This document shows positions 8,901 to 20,676 of a DNA stretch of 56,792 nt, piece after piece. The translations under genes were made by a program, and so were the position numbers. Positions within the stretch are counted from its first letter, which is position 1, and each line of letters begins with the position of its first letter. Source of the DNA: a virus (taxonomy: Duplodnaviria > Caudoviricetes); IMG/VR virus record IMGVR_UViG_3300049043_000103, positions 1 to 56,792 of that record. One strand, 5' to 3'. Under the pieces are notes generated by a model, which saw nothing but the letters and a program-made list of their open reading frames with translations, was not told the origin of the DNA and ran no database searches.

Positions 8901-11785
8901 CCGAGCCAGCGCTCTTGGTAATGTTCGGGTCTTTCGGATCGAACTTCCCTGAGTTGCCAGTAGCGGACTTGATTTGAGTGGGCTTAAACGTCACGTAAAC
9001 ATCGTGAGTTCGCTGCTCTTGTCCGGCTGGGGTGTCGATTATATTTCTAATAATCAACCCATCGTGACCACCCTCCCGAGCGGCCTTGATTGCTTTGAAA
9101 TTAACAGAAATCCACCATTCCCCCTTTGCGTCGAACTCTAAAGGGTTATTCATACTGAGGTATACGTGCATTGGCTCGCGCTCACCGCCTGAATACCCGC
9201 GCCCCATCTCTCTATCAGCAGTAAACCACGAAGCACCAACCTCCTCCCGGAACTGCGCCGAGTGACGCGAGCGACCAGCGAACTCGTTAAATCGCGCAGC
9301 GGTACCGTGGTACACTACCAGCGGGTTCCCCTCCTCATCCACTACCTTCGAGTCACCGAACCACTCCGCGAAGTTCCGCGCCGTCTCCTCATCCTTGAAC
9401 TTCTCTTTCGCCCACGCGAGTACCTTCTCGCTTACCTTTGGGGCGTCTCCGCCCTGAGACTCCCCCGCGCTACCGTCTCGCTTTCCACAAGTGTTCCCGG
9501 GTTGGAATCCCCCGCCCCCTTGAGCATTGGCGCCGCAAGAGTCAGCGGCTTTAGAATAAGTCTTTTTCTCTTATCCAATCAACATCCCCCGAATAACACG
9601 CGCATCTAAGTAGTTCCACAGCTCGGGAAACGTATTTCTTAGAATCGGCTGTCCAAAGTGGACTGCTGACATTCCAGCCGCAAATACTTCTTTCCGGTCA
9701 TTTCCCTTTTTTGAGAAATAGTCCTGACTATGGCCGTAAACGTCTTTCTTTCCTCCTCACGCGGCATTGATTACCATATCTAGGTTCTGTATCGCAATCC
9801 TGCCACTAGCCCCCTTCTTGGCTTTTTTCTTCAACTCAGCAATAAACGAATCGTCAAGCGCTCGGCTCGCTTTTTAGTTGCCTCAAATACACTTACAAAC
9901 TCTTGAGAATCAGTTACGTTATTTCCGTCTGACGGAGACTTTGCATTATCAAATGCGAATCGGTCAATGTGGTGAGTGTATTCGTGAACAAAGTAATTCT
10001 CTAAGGTTGTCGGGTCGTTGTCTGGGTCGAGAAAAATCGTAAACATTTGGTAACTAACGCCCGGCCCGGCTCTATTCGGGTCTATCTTCACGCGAGGCGG
10101 CTCTATCTTTCCCTTGAACGATTCAGGCAGAGAATCCATTCAGTTTCGATACAATGGCTTCGTTTTCTACTGAGCCTCCACCCTCTCCGCGTCCACAATC
10201 ATTACCGGGCTGAAACCCTCCACCTCCGGGAGCATTCGCCGCAGTCCGAACCGCTCTTGAATAGCGACGATATCCTATCCTCAAACGCCGCTAAAGCCTT
10301 CGCTACGGCTTCCTCTGCGATTTGCTCAGGTGTCTTGACTGGTTGGGCGGGCTGACTCGGATCGAGCGCCTGCGGGCCTGTCTGGGGCTTCTGTACGTCT
10401 AATCCCGGAACCCCTTGCGGGAGCCCCGGTAATCCTCCCGGCCCCTCCTGCTTTGGCGCCTGACCGGCTACCGCTTTGCCCTTCTCCCCACCCCACGGCT
10501 TACGCCCTCGGAGCTTGCGGATCTCGTCTACCTCAATCGCACCCGCTGCGATGTCGGTGTTGATTTGCTGTTCGGTCAGCTTCGCATCGTCGATAGCCTT
10601 TGCCGTGTAGAATACCGTCAGCCCCTCACCGAACTGAGTAGCGAGCTGCTCGGTGTCTTCCTCCGCCATTAAATCCAGAATCGGCTGGACCGTCCCTTGG
10701 ATGAACTGCTTGAGCGGCCGCATAGAGCCCGTCATCCCCGCTAGGCGCTTCGATACCCGCTGCGATAGGCGTTACACCATGCAGCGCCATAATCGCGTCC
10801 CGGAACTGAGCAAACGCCCCCTCATAGGCCATCTCGGCAGGGGTCCGCGTGACCGGCTCTACCTTGACGTTCTGGCCGTTCACGAACATCGCCTTTCCGT
10901 GCTTGGCTGGCCCGGCGTACTTCTCGTTGAACTTCGCGCTCATGGCCGCTGGAGTGTCGATTCGTCCTCTACCCCATCGATCCCAATCGATCACCGAGGG
11001 GTCTGAACCGTTCCGCAAGTGAGCGTGGCGGGATACGTCAATCTTCTCGCTCGTGTCAGTCCAGAGCGCAGCCGGCACTCACCGGACTCTGCCCCTCATC
11101 CTTGAATACCGGATGAATGAACCGGATAACCTGAATATCTCTCGCGTCGATCACCTTGCCGATAGCCTGAGCCAATCCCGTGTCAAGGAACCAGCCGCTC
11201 TCAATCTGCCAACGGGCTACCTCTGGGTTAATGTACCAGCCGCCCTTGGGAAGTCCCCGCTCGGGCTGTCGAGGTTCGGCAATCGCCGTCGGGATCACGT
11301 ACCGCTCTACCGTCCGGCCCATCTGATTAGGCACGTTCCAGAATCAGAGCGCTCCCTGTTAGGCAAAGCTGGATTGCTACCTCCTCCCGGAAGCTCGCCC
11401 CGATTGGCTCGCACTAGGCCGCTTCAGGAGTTTCATTAACGGATGCCACTTCAGCAGCGGAACCGTATCGTCATCCTCCGCGTTGTAGGCCTTCGAGTAT
11501 TCTCTAACCTGCTCTTGATAGGCTTCCACGTCACAAGACCGGATCGCCTTCCCGATAGCCGAGATAGCCACGTAGTGCCAGCCAGCGTACTTCTCCGCTT
11601 CGGCCTTGTGATCGCTCGCCCAGTTTCCCGGCTTGCCCTGACTCATCAGCTCAGTCAGCCCGCCATAGGAACCGCCCACACTGGCGAACCGCTTCTCATC
11701 GCGCTCCTCAGTGACCCGTCAGCGGCCTCTGATTGCGATTGTCCATCTCCGCCATGATGCGAGCGATTTCTTCAGCCCTTGGCAT
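5909..11785 (-). CDS. Portal protein with a very long polyvalent C-terminal extension (3 ART-PolyVal-like, 2 HEXXH metallopeptidase-like and 1 uncharacterised domain); continuity inferred across indels
   Basis: Portal motifs (GWHYVAISAI, HPLMKLLKRP, IRFIHP, FRDAIMALHGV, VDEIRKLRG); then SKVVDE.G.PLV.YHG x3, HEYTH and HEYAH; ends in TAATG overlap with MuF. Confidence 0.75.
6767..10258 (-). repeat. Five dispersed peptide repeats K-[SA]-x3-CGANAxGGGGFQ[PA]G[NK]x[CF]
   Basis: Copies near 10195-10258, 9481-9553, 8520-8590, 7660-7732 and 6767-6838. Confidence 0.85.
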
Positions 11786-11797
11786 AAACCCAATATC

Positions 11798-13143
11798 CTA
11801 TGCTACACAGAAACTCGATACCGGCTTGGTTAGCGCGTTAAACGCTCCGCTAAATGCGTCCACCTGATCATCATGCTTCCCATTTGGAAACATCGTCAGT
11901 TCGTCAAGGAACGCACGGTTCCACTCACCCTTCAGCAACTTCACCCCGTCCAATCCCCGACTGACTCGCCACCGCATCAGCCCTCACGACCTTGTCACCC
12001 GAGAACCGCTCCCCCTTGAACCGATAGCCCGTCAGCCGCCGGGTCATCGCGTCAATCTGCGCCACCCCAGACGCCCCCGGCTCCTGCTCCGCACGGACAA
12101 GCGTCTCTCGCCCGTCGCTCGCAGCTGTGGCAAGGATGATCGAATCGCGCTTGTGCGGCTCCCACTGCCCACGCACAACGTCCAGAAGTATAAAATCCCC
12201 CTCGCTATCCAGTCCAATCAAAGCCGCCTACCGTGTAATCACCCCCGCCCTGAGTCGCTGCTAAATCCCAGTACCGACACTGTTTGACTATCTTGGGCTG
12301 CGTCTCGATAACCCTGAACCACTCGCATTGAACATTCCGCCTTCAAGCGGGCTAGGTCTTTGCTGGTACAGGCTGGCCCACCAGGTAAGGGCCAATGGTG
12401 TTCTTAATCCGCTCCAAGGCGTTCTCGTCGTACCTCGCGGGCCAGAGCGCCTCTCCCGGTTTTCTCCCTAGTACGTCATGCTCCTCAGCTATCGCCGGGC
12501 AGTTAATCACTTCCCATTTCTCGCCTCCGCTGTCCATCTCCTGAATCAGCCGCCCAATCAGGTCGTCCTCGTGCCAGCGGGTATGTAGGACAATAGCGAT
12601 CCCGCCCGGCTCGATTCGGCTGTACAGCTGTCGAGAGCCACCAATCCCAGAGCTTGGAGCGGATCGTATCGGAGTAAGCCTCCTCCGCGTTCTTAATCGG
12701 GTCGTCCACTACCAACACATCACGCCGGAGCCCAGTAAGCGGCCCACCCGCTCCCGCCGTCTGCATCCCACCCATTGCCGCAAGAATCCCCCAGCGGTTC
12801 GCCGCGAGACGCCGGGTCTACTTGCACACCCGAATCAGATGCCCCCACTCCTCAAGGATGCCACGCGCACTTCGTCCCCAGCCTGCCGCAAAATCAGCCT
12901 CGTAACTCGCGAGCATTACCCCTTTCCCCGGATACATCCCCACAAACCACGCTGGGAAATACTGCGAGATAAACAGGGATTTACCATGCCTCGGCGGGAT
13001 CGTCACAATCAGCCGCTTAGATCCCGTCCTGATATCGCGTCCGTTATCTTTCGGTCGATATACGCCAAGTGCTTTTGAGGCTTCCACTTGCCACCGCTCG
13101 CATAGGACGCGAACAGCATTGGACTAGCTATCTGAGGAACCAC
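11798..13143 (-). CDS. terL: Terminase large subunit
   Basis: RLIVTIPPRHGKS (Walker A), VLVVDDPIKN (Walker B), EQEPGASG, FPNGKHDDQVDA; frameshifted. Confidence 0.93.
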
Positions 13144-13491
13144 TCTCTAACGCCTTCTGTCTCAGATACTCAAGATATTCCGGCTCGCTCTGAATCACTT
13201 CCCGCGCCGCACTCGTACCAGTATGAGCGTGGAGGTGAATCTCCGGACCCTTCTCAGCATCCAGCTCCATCGCTTCGCGCTTGGCGTTCAAGCTATCCGC
13301 TTGGATTGCCACCTTCGAGGCGCTGCAGTACATCGCGGCTATCGGATGAGCTGTCAAGGATGTTCTCAACCCGCTCCATTACCTTTCTGCGAATGTCTTC
13401 GCTCAACCGGCCAGCCGTTGTTGATTGCTCGCCTCACAAGCCGCATGTCCTGCGACTCAGTACCACGCCGACTGAATAGAACCAGTCTCAT
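13124..13491 (-). CDS. Probable terminase small subunit
   Basis: Immediately upstream of terL; helical, ending in an EIHLHAH tail. Confidence 0.5.
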
Positions 13492-13571
13492 GCTTCTTTT
13501 CTTCCCCGTTCACTTACCACCCGTACCCTTACCGCATTTTCCGCCACAGGTACATTTACCTTTCTTGCACA

Positions 13572-13995
13572 TTAAACCAGCTCCTCTTCCTCTATCCGCT
13601 CCAGCCCCATTGCCGCAATCACGCCGAGGCAGTCATCGCCCACGATGCCGAGAATGATGTCCCGCTGTGCTGTTGGCGGTTCGGGCTGCTGTTCTGTTGG
13701 CCCTGCCCAGATGTTTACGGCCATTTGTGCTTGTGTGGCTAACTCGAAGCTCCAGTTGTCTGGTGCGAAGTCCCGCTTCGTTAGCTGGCTCCCTGCATAG
13801 GCGAAAAAGAGGTCCGTCACCACGGTCGAGATGACGCTGTAGCGGTTGCCGTTTGCATCTTCGTGCGTGAGGTTGGCGAACGAGTGGAAGTCTCCAGCCA
13901 TTTCGCCAACACTCACGGCCAGATGTCCGCCAGCCTCGCATAGCGACCTCAGGGCAGGCCACGGTTATTCGATACTTGTAGGCGGTTTCGCTCAT
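13572..13995 (-). CDS. Hypothetical virion-associated protein
   Basis: MSETAYKYRITVACPE joins ORF 13572-13916 across an indel. Confidence 0.55.
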
Positions 13996-13998
13996 AGG

Positions 13999-16208
13999 TT
14001 AAAAGCTGATGCCAGCCCTCCGAGCAAGCAGGTTCCGCTCAAAGTCACGTATCACGCTGTCGCTGGTCGTCGCTCCGCGAATAATGGTGGCGAACTCGTA
14101 GCCGTTGTAGGGGAGCGATGCGTTTCCGCGACGGCCAAAGTACAAAGCAGCGTTGCCGTAGTTTCCGCTGCCTTGGTCGCCGGTGTCGGAATCGGCCTGA
14201 ACGCCATTGACTCGCAGCGTTGTCGTGTCGCCTGAAATGTTGCCTTAACCAGTAAGGACTGAAGTAAGCGGTGCCGTCTGGCTACTGGCAACTGCATCGG
14301 TCAGTGTTGTTCCCTTGGACCTCAAAGGCGTAAGTGGCCGACGCGGCATTCGGAGCCGTTAAATGAAACGCTCCGTTGTTGCTTGCTGCGGTTGCGGTCA
14401 GTTCGACAATCGTTCCTCTCGCCGCATCACTCAGCTTCCGCACCGCACTCATCACGGTCATCTTGTCGGTCGAACTCATGTCAATGCTGGAAGTGACAAA
14501 ACTGTCGTCGCTTCCGTCGTTGAAATCCCCCAGCCAGTCCCGCTTGCCTGTTTCGGTCACGTCGGCGTTGACGGTAGAACTCGCTGGTAGGCTGAACGTG
14601 ATGAACCAACCTCAAGCTGTATTTGCTTGAAGGTAATATCTGTTGCCGCCCCAGATGAGTTAATCCCAGAGCCGAATCGTACTGTGATATTCCCAGCAGT
14701 TGCAGCAACCGCAACAACGATTTCAATTTTCGTGTTGAGTTTCGCAGTTGGGGCTTGAAATGTTGTCAACGCCACGCCGTCTTGAAATTTTGTCGAACCG
14801 TTGAACCGGCAGGTACTCGAGGGTCAAAAATCTGGTGGATTGAACCCGTAGCGTGAATGTCACAAATACAAGAAACGCAATAGGTCGTGTTAGCAGCGGC
14901 GGAAACTGCTTGGTTGCAATTTGTTTGCACGCCAGCAGCAGCAGTTAGCCGCAAACCACCACTTTGGACCGTCAGCGTCCCACCCCCACCCAGAGCGAGT
15001 CCAGTTTGTCGGGGGTGTTCCCGGAGAACCCGATACTGCACCCAAAGTAGCATCGCTATACGTGAGCAGATTCCTCCTCCCGCCCTCTGGGATTCTTGCC
15101 AACACTGGCCGACTTCCGCTGGTGCTTTGGTAACGATGCGTGCCGGGAACAAGCCTTGCCGTCACTGCGTCAACCGTCCCTGCAAACGACGAGTCACCCG
15201 CAAACGTCAGCGTCTGGGTGCTGCTTCCGGCCAGCAGGAAAAACGTATATGTACCGCTGGCTGATACGGCAAACGATGTTCCGCTGGTTCCAAGGCTGAT
15301 GGTCAGTGTGCCTGCCGTGCGTGTGACCGTCGCCGTGCAGCGATACCACAGGCCAGCCGTGCTGCTGATAGTCTGCGTGAGATTGTTGGCCGCCCCGCCT
15401 GTCTTAGTTGCAACGCCGCTGCCGATGGTCCAGTTTGCGCCTTTGGTCCAGTTCGCATCAGCATCAAACGTGCCGTTGGTCACTAGGTCGCTACCCAGTG
15501 CGTCAAGCCCGCCGCGTGACGTATCAAGCTGGAGTCCAATCGGGTCGCCGGGTGCTGTGACAGGGGTCTGGCCGTTCACGTCTTGGTATAGCGAATGATT
15601 CGGAAACGCTGCGAGAAAGTCCGATGAGAAATCGGTGATGCGCTGGTATTCGGTGGGGGTTGAGCCTTGCTCAACTTGAACTCTTGAAACAGTGACGTTG
15701 TATCCAGTTGCATCGCTACCGCCAACCACAACGGCACTTCTCGCATCAATCCCAAGCTGGACCGCTTGATTGGCAAAGGGCCTGTATCCTGTGAAAGTCA
15801 ATCGGACTGTTACGCCTGCTGTCAGGTTAGCTAGTTGCGAGACGTTTACTGTACCTGCCAGCCTAAAAGGAACATTTGAAATGGTCTGGTCGCACGTAAC
15901 GTCAAACGAAACCACATGGTCTGTTGTTGTGCTTGAACCGGTTAAATCCTGAGCTAGGTAAGCATAGCCTTCCGAGGTTGATACAGAAAAAACACCTCCA
16001 GTTGAACTTCCGTTTGCGGTGTTCGTTCCATACCAAGCCGCATTAGACAGAGATTCGCTATGGCGAACAATGTTCCGCCGCCAACTCCGCTTGGTCTCAC
16101 TCCCGCCGTACTGGTCAGCAGCGTCAAACACAACGCCGGGTTCGTTGGCGGAGAAAGACGGCGGGGATTGGGGTCGGAACTCGCACCCATCAGCAACAGC
16201 ATTGACAT
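13999..16208 (-). CDS. Fibre/decoration-like structural protein with carbohydrate-binding and LamG-like modules
   Basis: SLYQDVNGQTPVTAPGDPIG, LVTNGTFD, repeated RRN(I/L) and Q(V/L)E.GS...YQR modules; Thr/Gly/Ser-rich. Confidence 0.65.
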
Positions 16209-16211
16209 TGA

Positions 16212-16562
16212 CTAACTCACTGGGCGGAGGTGGAGAACAATCGTGCGATCAGCACCCTCAGAAGAGCCAGAGAACCAGCCGGATAAATGGGAATGTACTG
16301 AACACCCGTGGATCAACAGGCACGAAAGAACTGGCTGATACCGTCACGCTGTAATTAGACGCGCCGCCAACCTCCTTAACCGTCACATACGTTCCACCAG
16401 ATGATCGCGATCCGGTGAATGTCATTGTGGTTCCAGTCATCGCCGCTGGAAACTCGATACCCATTAACTGAGTCGATTCCGTTCCGACAATGTTTGTCGA
16501 TATCGCCCCGCTCGTGGTTCCTGATGAGGCAATCGTGGCCTCCCTGTATTCGACGCGCGCAT
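16212..16562 (-). CDS. Hypothetical structural protein
   Basis: GIEFPAAMTGTTMTFTGS...; frameshifted. Confidence 0.5.
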
Positions 16563-16778
16563 GAATTGCCCCTCAATAGAGTTAATATCCTATCGGGGCG
16601 TATTGTGCGAATTTACGGGCTTTTCTGTCAAATTAAACGGACTCGCTTTTGTCTTTGCGTCCAGATAGCCGCAAACGGGATAATAAAGACTCCACCCCGG
16701 AGCCCCACCGAATGCTCGACTACGATGACGATGATGACGAAGACTACTGGATCAATATCCTATGGGCCTACGCCCGCA

Positions 16779-17841
16779 CTACTCGCAGTAGATCGGGAAC
16801 ACGCCACCGATCCGGCAGCGGCTCGCGTCATACACCGCGCCCGCCTGCTGTGGTGGCTCAAAGCCGAACCCATGCTCAGCGGCGTACTCGTCCCAGCCTT
16901 TGATTGACCCGTTACAAAGGCATCTCGGAGTCGGCAAACCGTACTGATGCCAGTGACCCATTAGATTAAACGCCGCACTCTGAGTCTGATCCTGCCGGTG
17001 AATCCACTTCGTCAGCGGTATCGTCAACCCGCCAATCCCTCCCTGATACTTCACTTGATGCCCGTGGAAGGTCCGAATATCAAACCCCGGCGCCATCGGG
17101 AACCATCTCTACGCCACCTCGGGCTATCGTGAACTCAAACCGCTTATCCGCAAACTGCCTCGCTAGTTCCGCGTAGATGATGCTCTCAAAACTTTTCTCA
17201 GCCCCATTCTTAAACTGCATCTTCTTTGTCGTGCGCCCGTGGTTCCCAACGATGCAAACCACCCGAATCTGTTGGAGATACTTCTCCGCCCGAATCGCCT
17301 CAAGCCCCGTTGCCAAAAGCTCCCTAGCAAATACACACGCCTCCGCCGGACCAAGCAAGTTTGTCTCGCAGAGTTCCTGATGAATATCCCCGGTAATGAA
17401 ATCACCACCGAGAACCAGCAGACAACTCCTAACATGACTGCTCAGGCGAACGTGCCGCAGCATCTTGACCGTACTCTCCGCACAGCGCTTAGCCCGAGCC
17501 TCGGCTATCTTGAGATTGAACTCGTTTTTTCCCAGTGTCTTGCGCTTGTCTACCAGTTCCTCAACGTGCCAATCAAACCAGATAAAGATCGGGACCGCTT
17601 CATTCGCCTTGCTCTTGGGAACAATTACCCGCTCGGCTTTCTTGCGGGTGTCCTCCATCAGGCAGATCAGGTCTATCGTCTCTTCGAGCGTTTGAATCTG
17701 CCGGTCCTTCGCCTCATTGCTCTTGCGCAGATCCGCTATCAGACTCTTAGCCGCCCTGAGCTGACCCTCCATCCGGGAATCAGTCCCAAGTTTTCGAGCT
17801 TCCTCAATTTTACTGCTGGCGAGATCAGACAAGTTTGCCAT
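16779..17841 (-). CDS. Calcineurin-like metallophosphoesterase
   Basis: DWH, GDFITG, GNHGR, HGH and GHWH motifs in order. Confidence 0.88.
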
Positions 17842-18069
17842 TCTGAAGCGCTCTCAAGGTGTCGCGGACAGCAGGGACTTTACGCTCAATCTTGAACTTC
17901 TCAATAACCGCTTTGGCAAACGGAGCCAGTTAACCGTTTCCCCACCTTTTCAGTTCCGAGAGAATCTCTTGCTGCTGAGACTTCGGCAACATTTCAAACC
18001 AGCACTTGTCCCCAGTACGTCTAACCTTCGACTTGGCTAAGTCAGTCAGTCTCATACAACCCCCACAAT

Positions 18070-18589
18070 CATCTCGGTACGCGATAGATGCTCGGTACTG
18101 TTGAGAACGTGCTGATAGTTCCTGCCAGCCGCTACGTTCCAAGGCTGAGGGAATAGAATCGCACTCCCTCCACGAGCCCAGAACTTGGCTACATTGTCCC
18201 TCCGAGTCATCAATCAGAATCCGATGCTTGCCCGCCATCAAATGCTTCTTGCGACCGACCATCACATTCTCAGGCCGAATCCCAAAGTAACTTTCCAGCC
18301 AGTCCAGTTTCGCCCCAATGCAAACCTCCGTATTCAGGTGCATCGGCGCCGTGCAAACCGTTACCTCGCCCAGTTCGCGCAGGCCAGCGAGCAACTCACC
18401 AGCCCACTTGTACGGCCTGAGACCAAGCCAAAACTCCCGCGTGGCAAGCGGAGCCCAGAACTCCTCCGGCTCCAGCCGCCACTGAACCCAGAAGTCCCAC
18501 GAGTAAATCTCCGGGCTCTTGCCGTGTACCTCAGACGCCCCGCCTACGAAGTCCGCTAGAACCCCGTCGCAGTCCAAAAGAATCTCCAC
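18070..18589 (-). CDS. 5'(3')-deoxyribonucleotidase (NT5C, HAD family)
   Basis: LLDCDGVLADF, CTAP, AKLDWL, ILIDD. Confidence 0.88.
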
Positions 18590-18603
18590 TCTCGCCTCCG
18601 TGG

Positions 18604-18990
18604 TCAGAAACTACTTTTGAGCGAGGCTACCTCAGCCTCAAGCTCTTCAATCCGTTTAGCCAACTTCACGTTCTCGCGCTTCAGATTGGCTATCTCCGCA
18701 GCCGCCAAAGCCCGGTGATTCTCACAGTCGATATATTCCTGATTCAGTTTCTTGATGGCGCAGGTGAGCTGCTCGCGGGTATCAGAACACTCCTTCTCCA
18801 GCGAATCGACCCGCGCTAACGCCCCCTTCAGCTGCTCGCTCATTGTCTGGTACAGCTTGCTCCACTCGCTATTAACCGACGCCCCGCCCTTGAGAACTGC
18901 CTCGTAGTCATCCTTGGTATCTGGCCGAATCGTCACTCCAGAGAACAACTTGCCAAACAAACCACTGAACCAGATCCAAAACTCATTCAT
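18604..18990 (-). CDS. Coiled-coil protein with hydrophobic N-terminus
   Basis: MNEFWIWFSGLFG followed by heptad repeats. Confidence 0.65.
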   Translation of the reverse strand: MNEFWIWFSGLFGKLFSGVTIRPDTKDDYEAVLKGGASVNSEWSKLYQTMSEQLKGALARVDSLEKECSDTREQLTCAIKKLNQEYIDCENHRALAAAEIANLKRENVKLAKRIEELEAEVASLKSSF

Positions 18991-19192
18991 CGGGGGATCG
19001 CTTTCTCAGCGCTCCTAGCAGCGCCGTTCCAAGTACCAAGGGCCACAGCAGCAGTACAACCATCCCCCCAAATGCCACCGCTAAATTCTCACGCTCTTTC
19101 AGTTTCGCCTCTTCCGGGATTCTGAGCAAATAGAACGTAAGCCGCCGTCATCACAATCAATCCGCTCAAGATATACCAGCCAAACAGCCACA

Positions 19193-19885
19193 TTAAATCA
19201 CCTTTGGGATCGGGATTTGATGGATCAGCTTTGCCAGCTTGACATACACAAACCCGATAATCAGCGATCCACCCACCAGCAGAACAGCACAACCTCCAAC
19301 CACATACACGGCGAACCAGAAGAACCGCTCGCCAAGACTCCCCCGAATCTCGACAAGCTCCGCCTGCGCCTTGGCTAACTTCTCCTTCGCCTCAGTCAGT
19401 TCCGCACGAGCCCGGATCACCTCAGCCCTCACCTCCGCCAGCCCGGAAAGCAAACCGCCCCGCGCCTCCGCTGCCTCGGCTCTCGACTCGCGAATCTCAC
19501 TGAGTAGCCCCGTCACCGCAGGTAACAACCCGCCGAGCGGCTTAATCCCTTCGAGAATCGCATCCCTGCCCCCTAGAATCGCAGATAAAATCCCTTCCCG
19601 CTCTCGGGCTGACTTCTCGCCCAGTTCAATCACCGAGTCTCTCAGCGGTGTTAAGTCGAACCTATCCAAGATTCCGCGTAGCTCCTCGCGCTCACGCCGG
19701 GACTGAGCCAGTTCTTTCCTGATCACCTCCAGCGCGGGTAATAGACTTCCCGCTTCGTCGATCCTTTGCTCGATGGCCTTTAGCCGCTCGATGATCCGCA
19801 AGTCCTCAGCCTGTACCGCCTGAGTCTGATTCAGCGGCGTAAAATCCTGCTGAAGCGCCAAGCACAACAACCAAACCCACATCAC
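19193..19885 (-). CDS. Signal peptide, coiled coil and C-terminal TM protein
   Basis: MMWVWLLCLAL...; FFWFAVYVVGGCAVLLVGGSLIIGFVYV. Confidence 0.7.
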   Translation of the reverse strand: MMWVWLLCLALQQDFTPLNQTQAVQAEDLRIIERLKAIEQRIDEAGSLLPALEVIRKELAQSRREREELRGILDRFDLTPLRDSVIELGEKSAREREGILSAILGGRDAILEGIKPLGGLLPAVTGLLSEIRESRAEAAEARGGLLSGLAEVRAEVIRARAELTEAKEKLAKAQAELVEIRGSLGERFFWFAVYVVGGCAVLLVGGSLIIGFVYVKLAKLIHQIPIPKVI

Positions 19886-20098
19886 ACCACCTCCGTCTCA
19901 TACTCAGCCCCGCAGTTCCAGCATTTAACCTCAAACGGGAACGGCGCAAAGCATCGTCTCCTGTTCAAGTCCACTCTCGCGCTTCACCTCTTCGAGTGCC
20001 TGCGCATCACCCTCTGGGATGAAACCGCGCTCGAAGTTCTCCTCTCCGCACTCGTCACAGTCCCACATCCACGCGATATTCAGCTGAATCGTCTTCAC
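19882..20098 (-). CDS. Small Zn-ribbon protein
   Basis: WDCDECG ... KCWNCG. Confidence 0.55.
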
Positions 20099-20319
20099 TT
20101 GCGCCCCGCCTCAAATGCCTGAGATAGCCAGTCCTTGATCAGAAAAAAATCATCCCGATGGACCGCGCTGAAATCGTCCTCAATCAGACTTTGAAACCGC
20201 TCAAACCAGTCCACAAACTCATCGCGCCTGCGGGATATCAACAAACCCAGACCAATCAGCCGCTACCGTATAGCTTGGCCGGAGGTGATCCGATGGCTGA
20301 ACCCACTCCCGATTCACCA

Positions 20320-20676
20320 TCACTCCCCCCTCAAGAACTTGTCCAGATCGTCGCCTTTGAAGTCGTGCCGGGATTTCCACTTACCATCCTCCCGTGTGTA
20401 TTCGACCAGCAAGGGAATCTGCCCCGATGGATTGATTTTCTTCGCCAGCTCCGGCAACTCGTCTACGTCGAGAATGATCACGTTCTGATTCTTCGCTAGT
20501 GCCGCAGTCTTGAGTTCCGCCTTCATCCTCTGGCAAGGCTCACACCACTGAGCAGAGACCAACACATAATGCCGACCATCCTCCGGACCATCCTTCCACC
20601 ACTGAGCGTAGGGGATGAACGAACCGAGATTGAGCGTGATGAAGACAAAACTAAAGAGACGTTTCTTGTTCACCAT
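20320..20676 (-). CDS. Thioredoxin-like protein with N-terminal hydrophobic segment
   Basis: VSAQWCEPCQRMK, ILDVDE, QIPLLV. Confidence 0.8.
   Translation of the reverse strand: MVNKKRLFSFVFITLNLGSFIPYAQWWKDGPEDGRHYVLVSAQWCEPCQRMKAELKTAALAKNQNVIILDVDELPELAKKINPSGQIPLLVEYTREDGKWKSRHDFKGDDLDKFLRGE

Noticed and set aside
6767-10258. CRISPR array or DGR template/variable repeat
   Set aside because: Repeats are conserved at the peptide level with synonymous variation, spaced about 0.7-1 kb apart; no reverse transcriptase or cas gene seen
17239-17895. Long antisense ORFs such as 17239-17895, 15140-15598 and 19239-19706 as overlapping genes
   Set aside because: No recognisable motifs, RBS or promoter, unlike the antisense ORF in the intein; these are shadows of real genes
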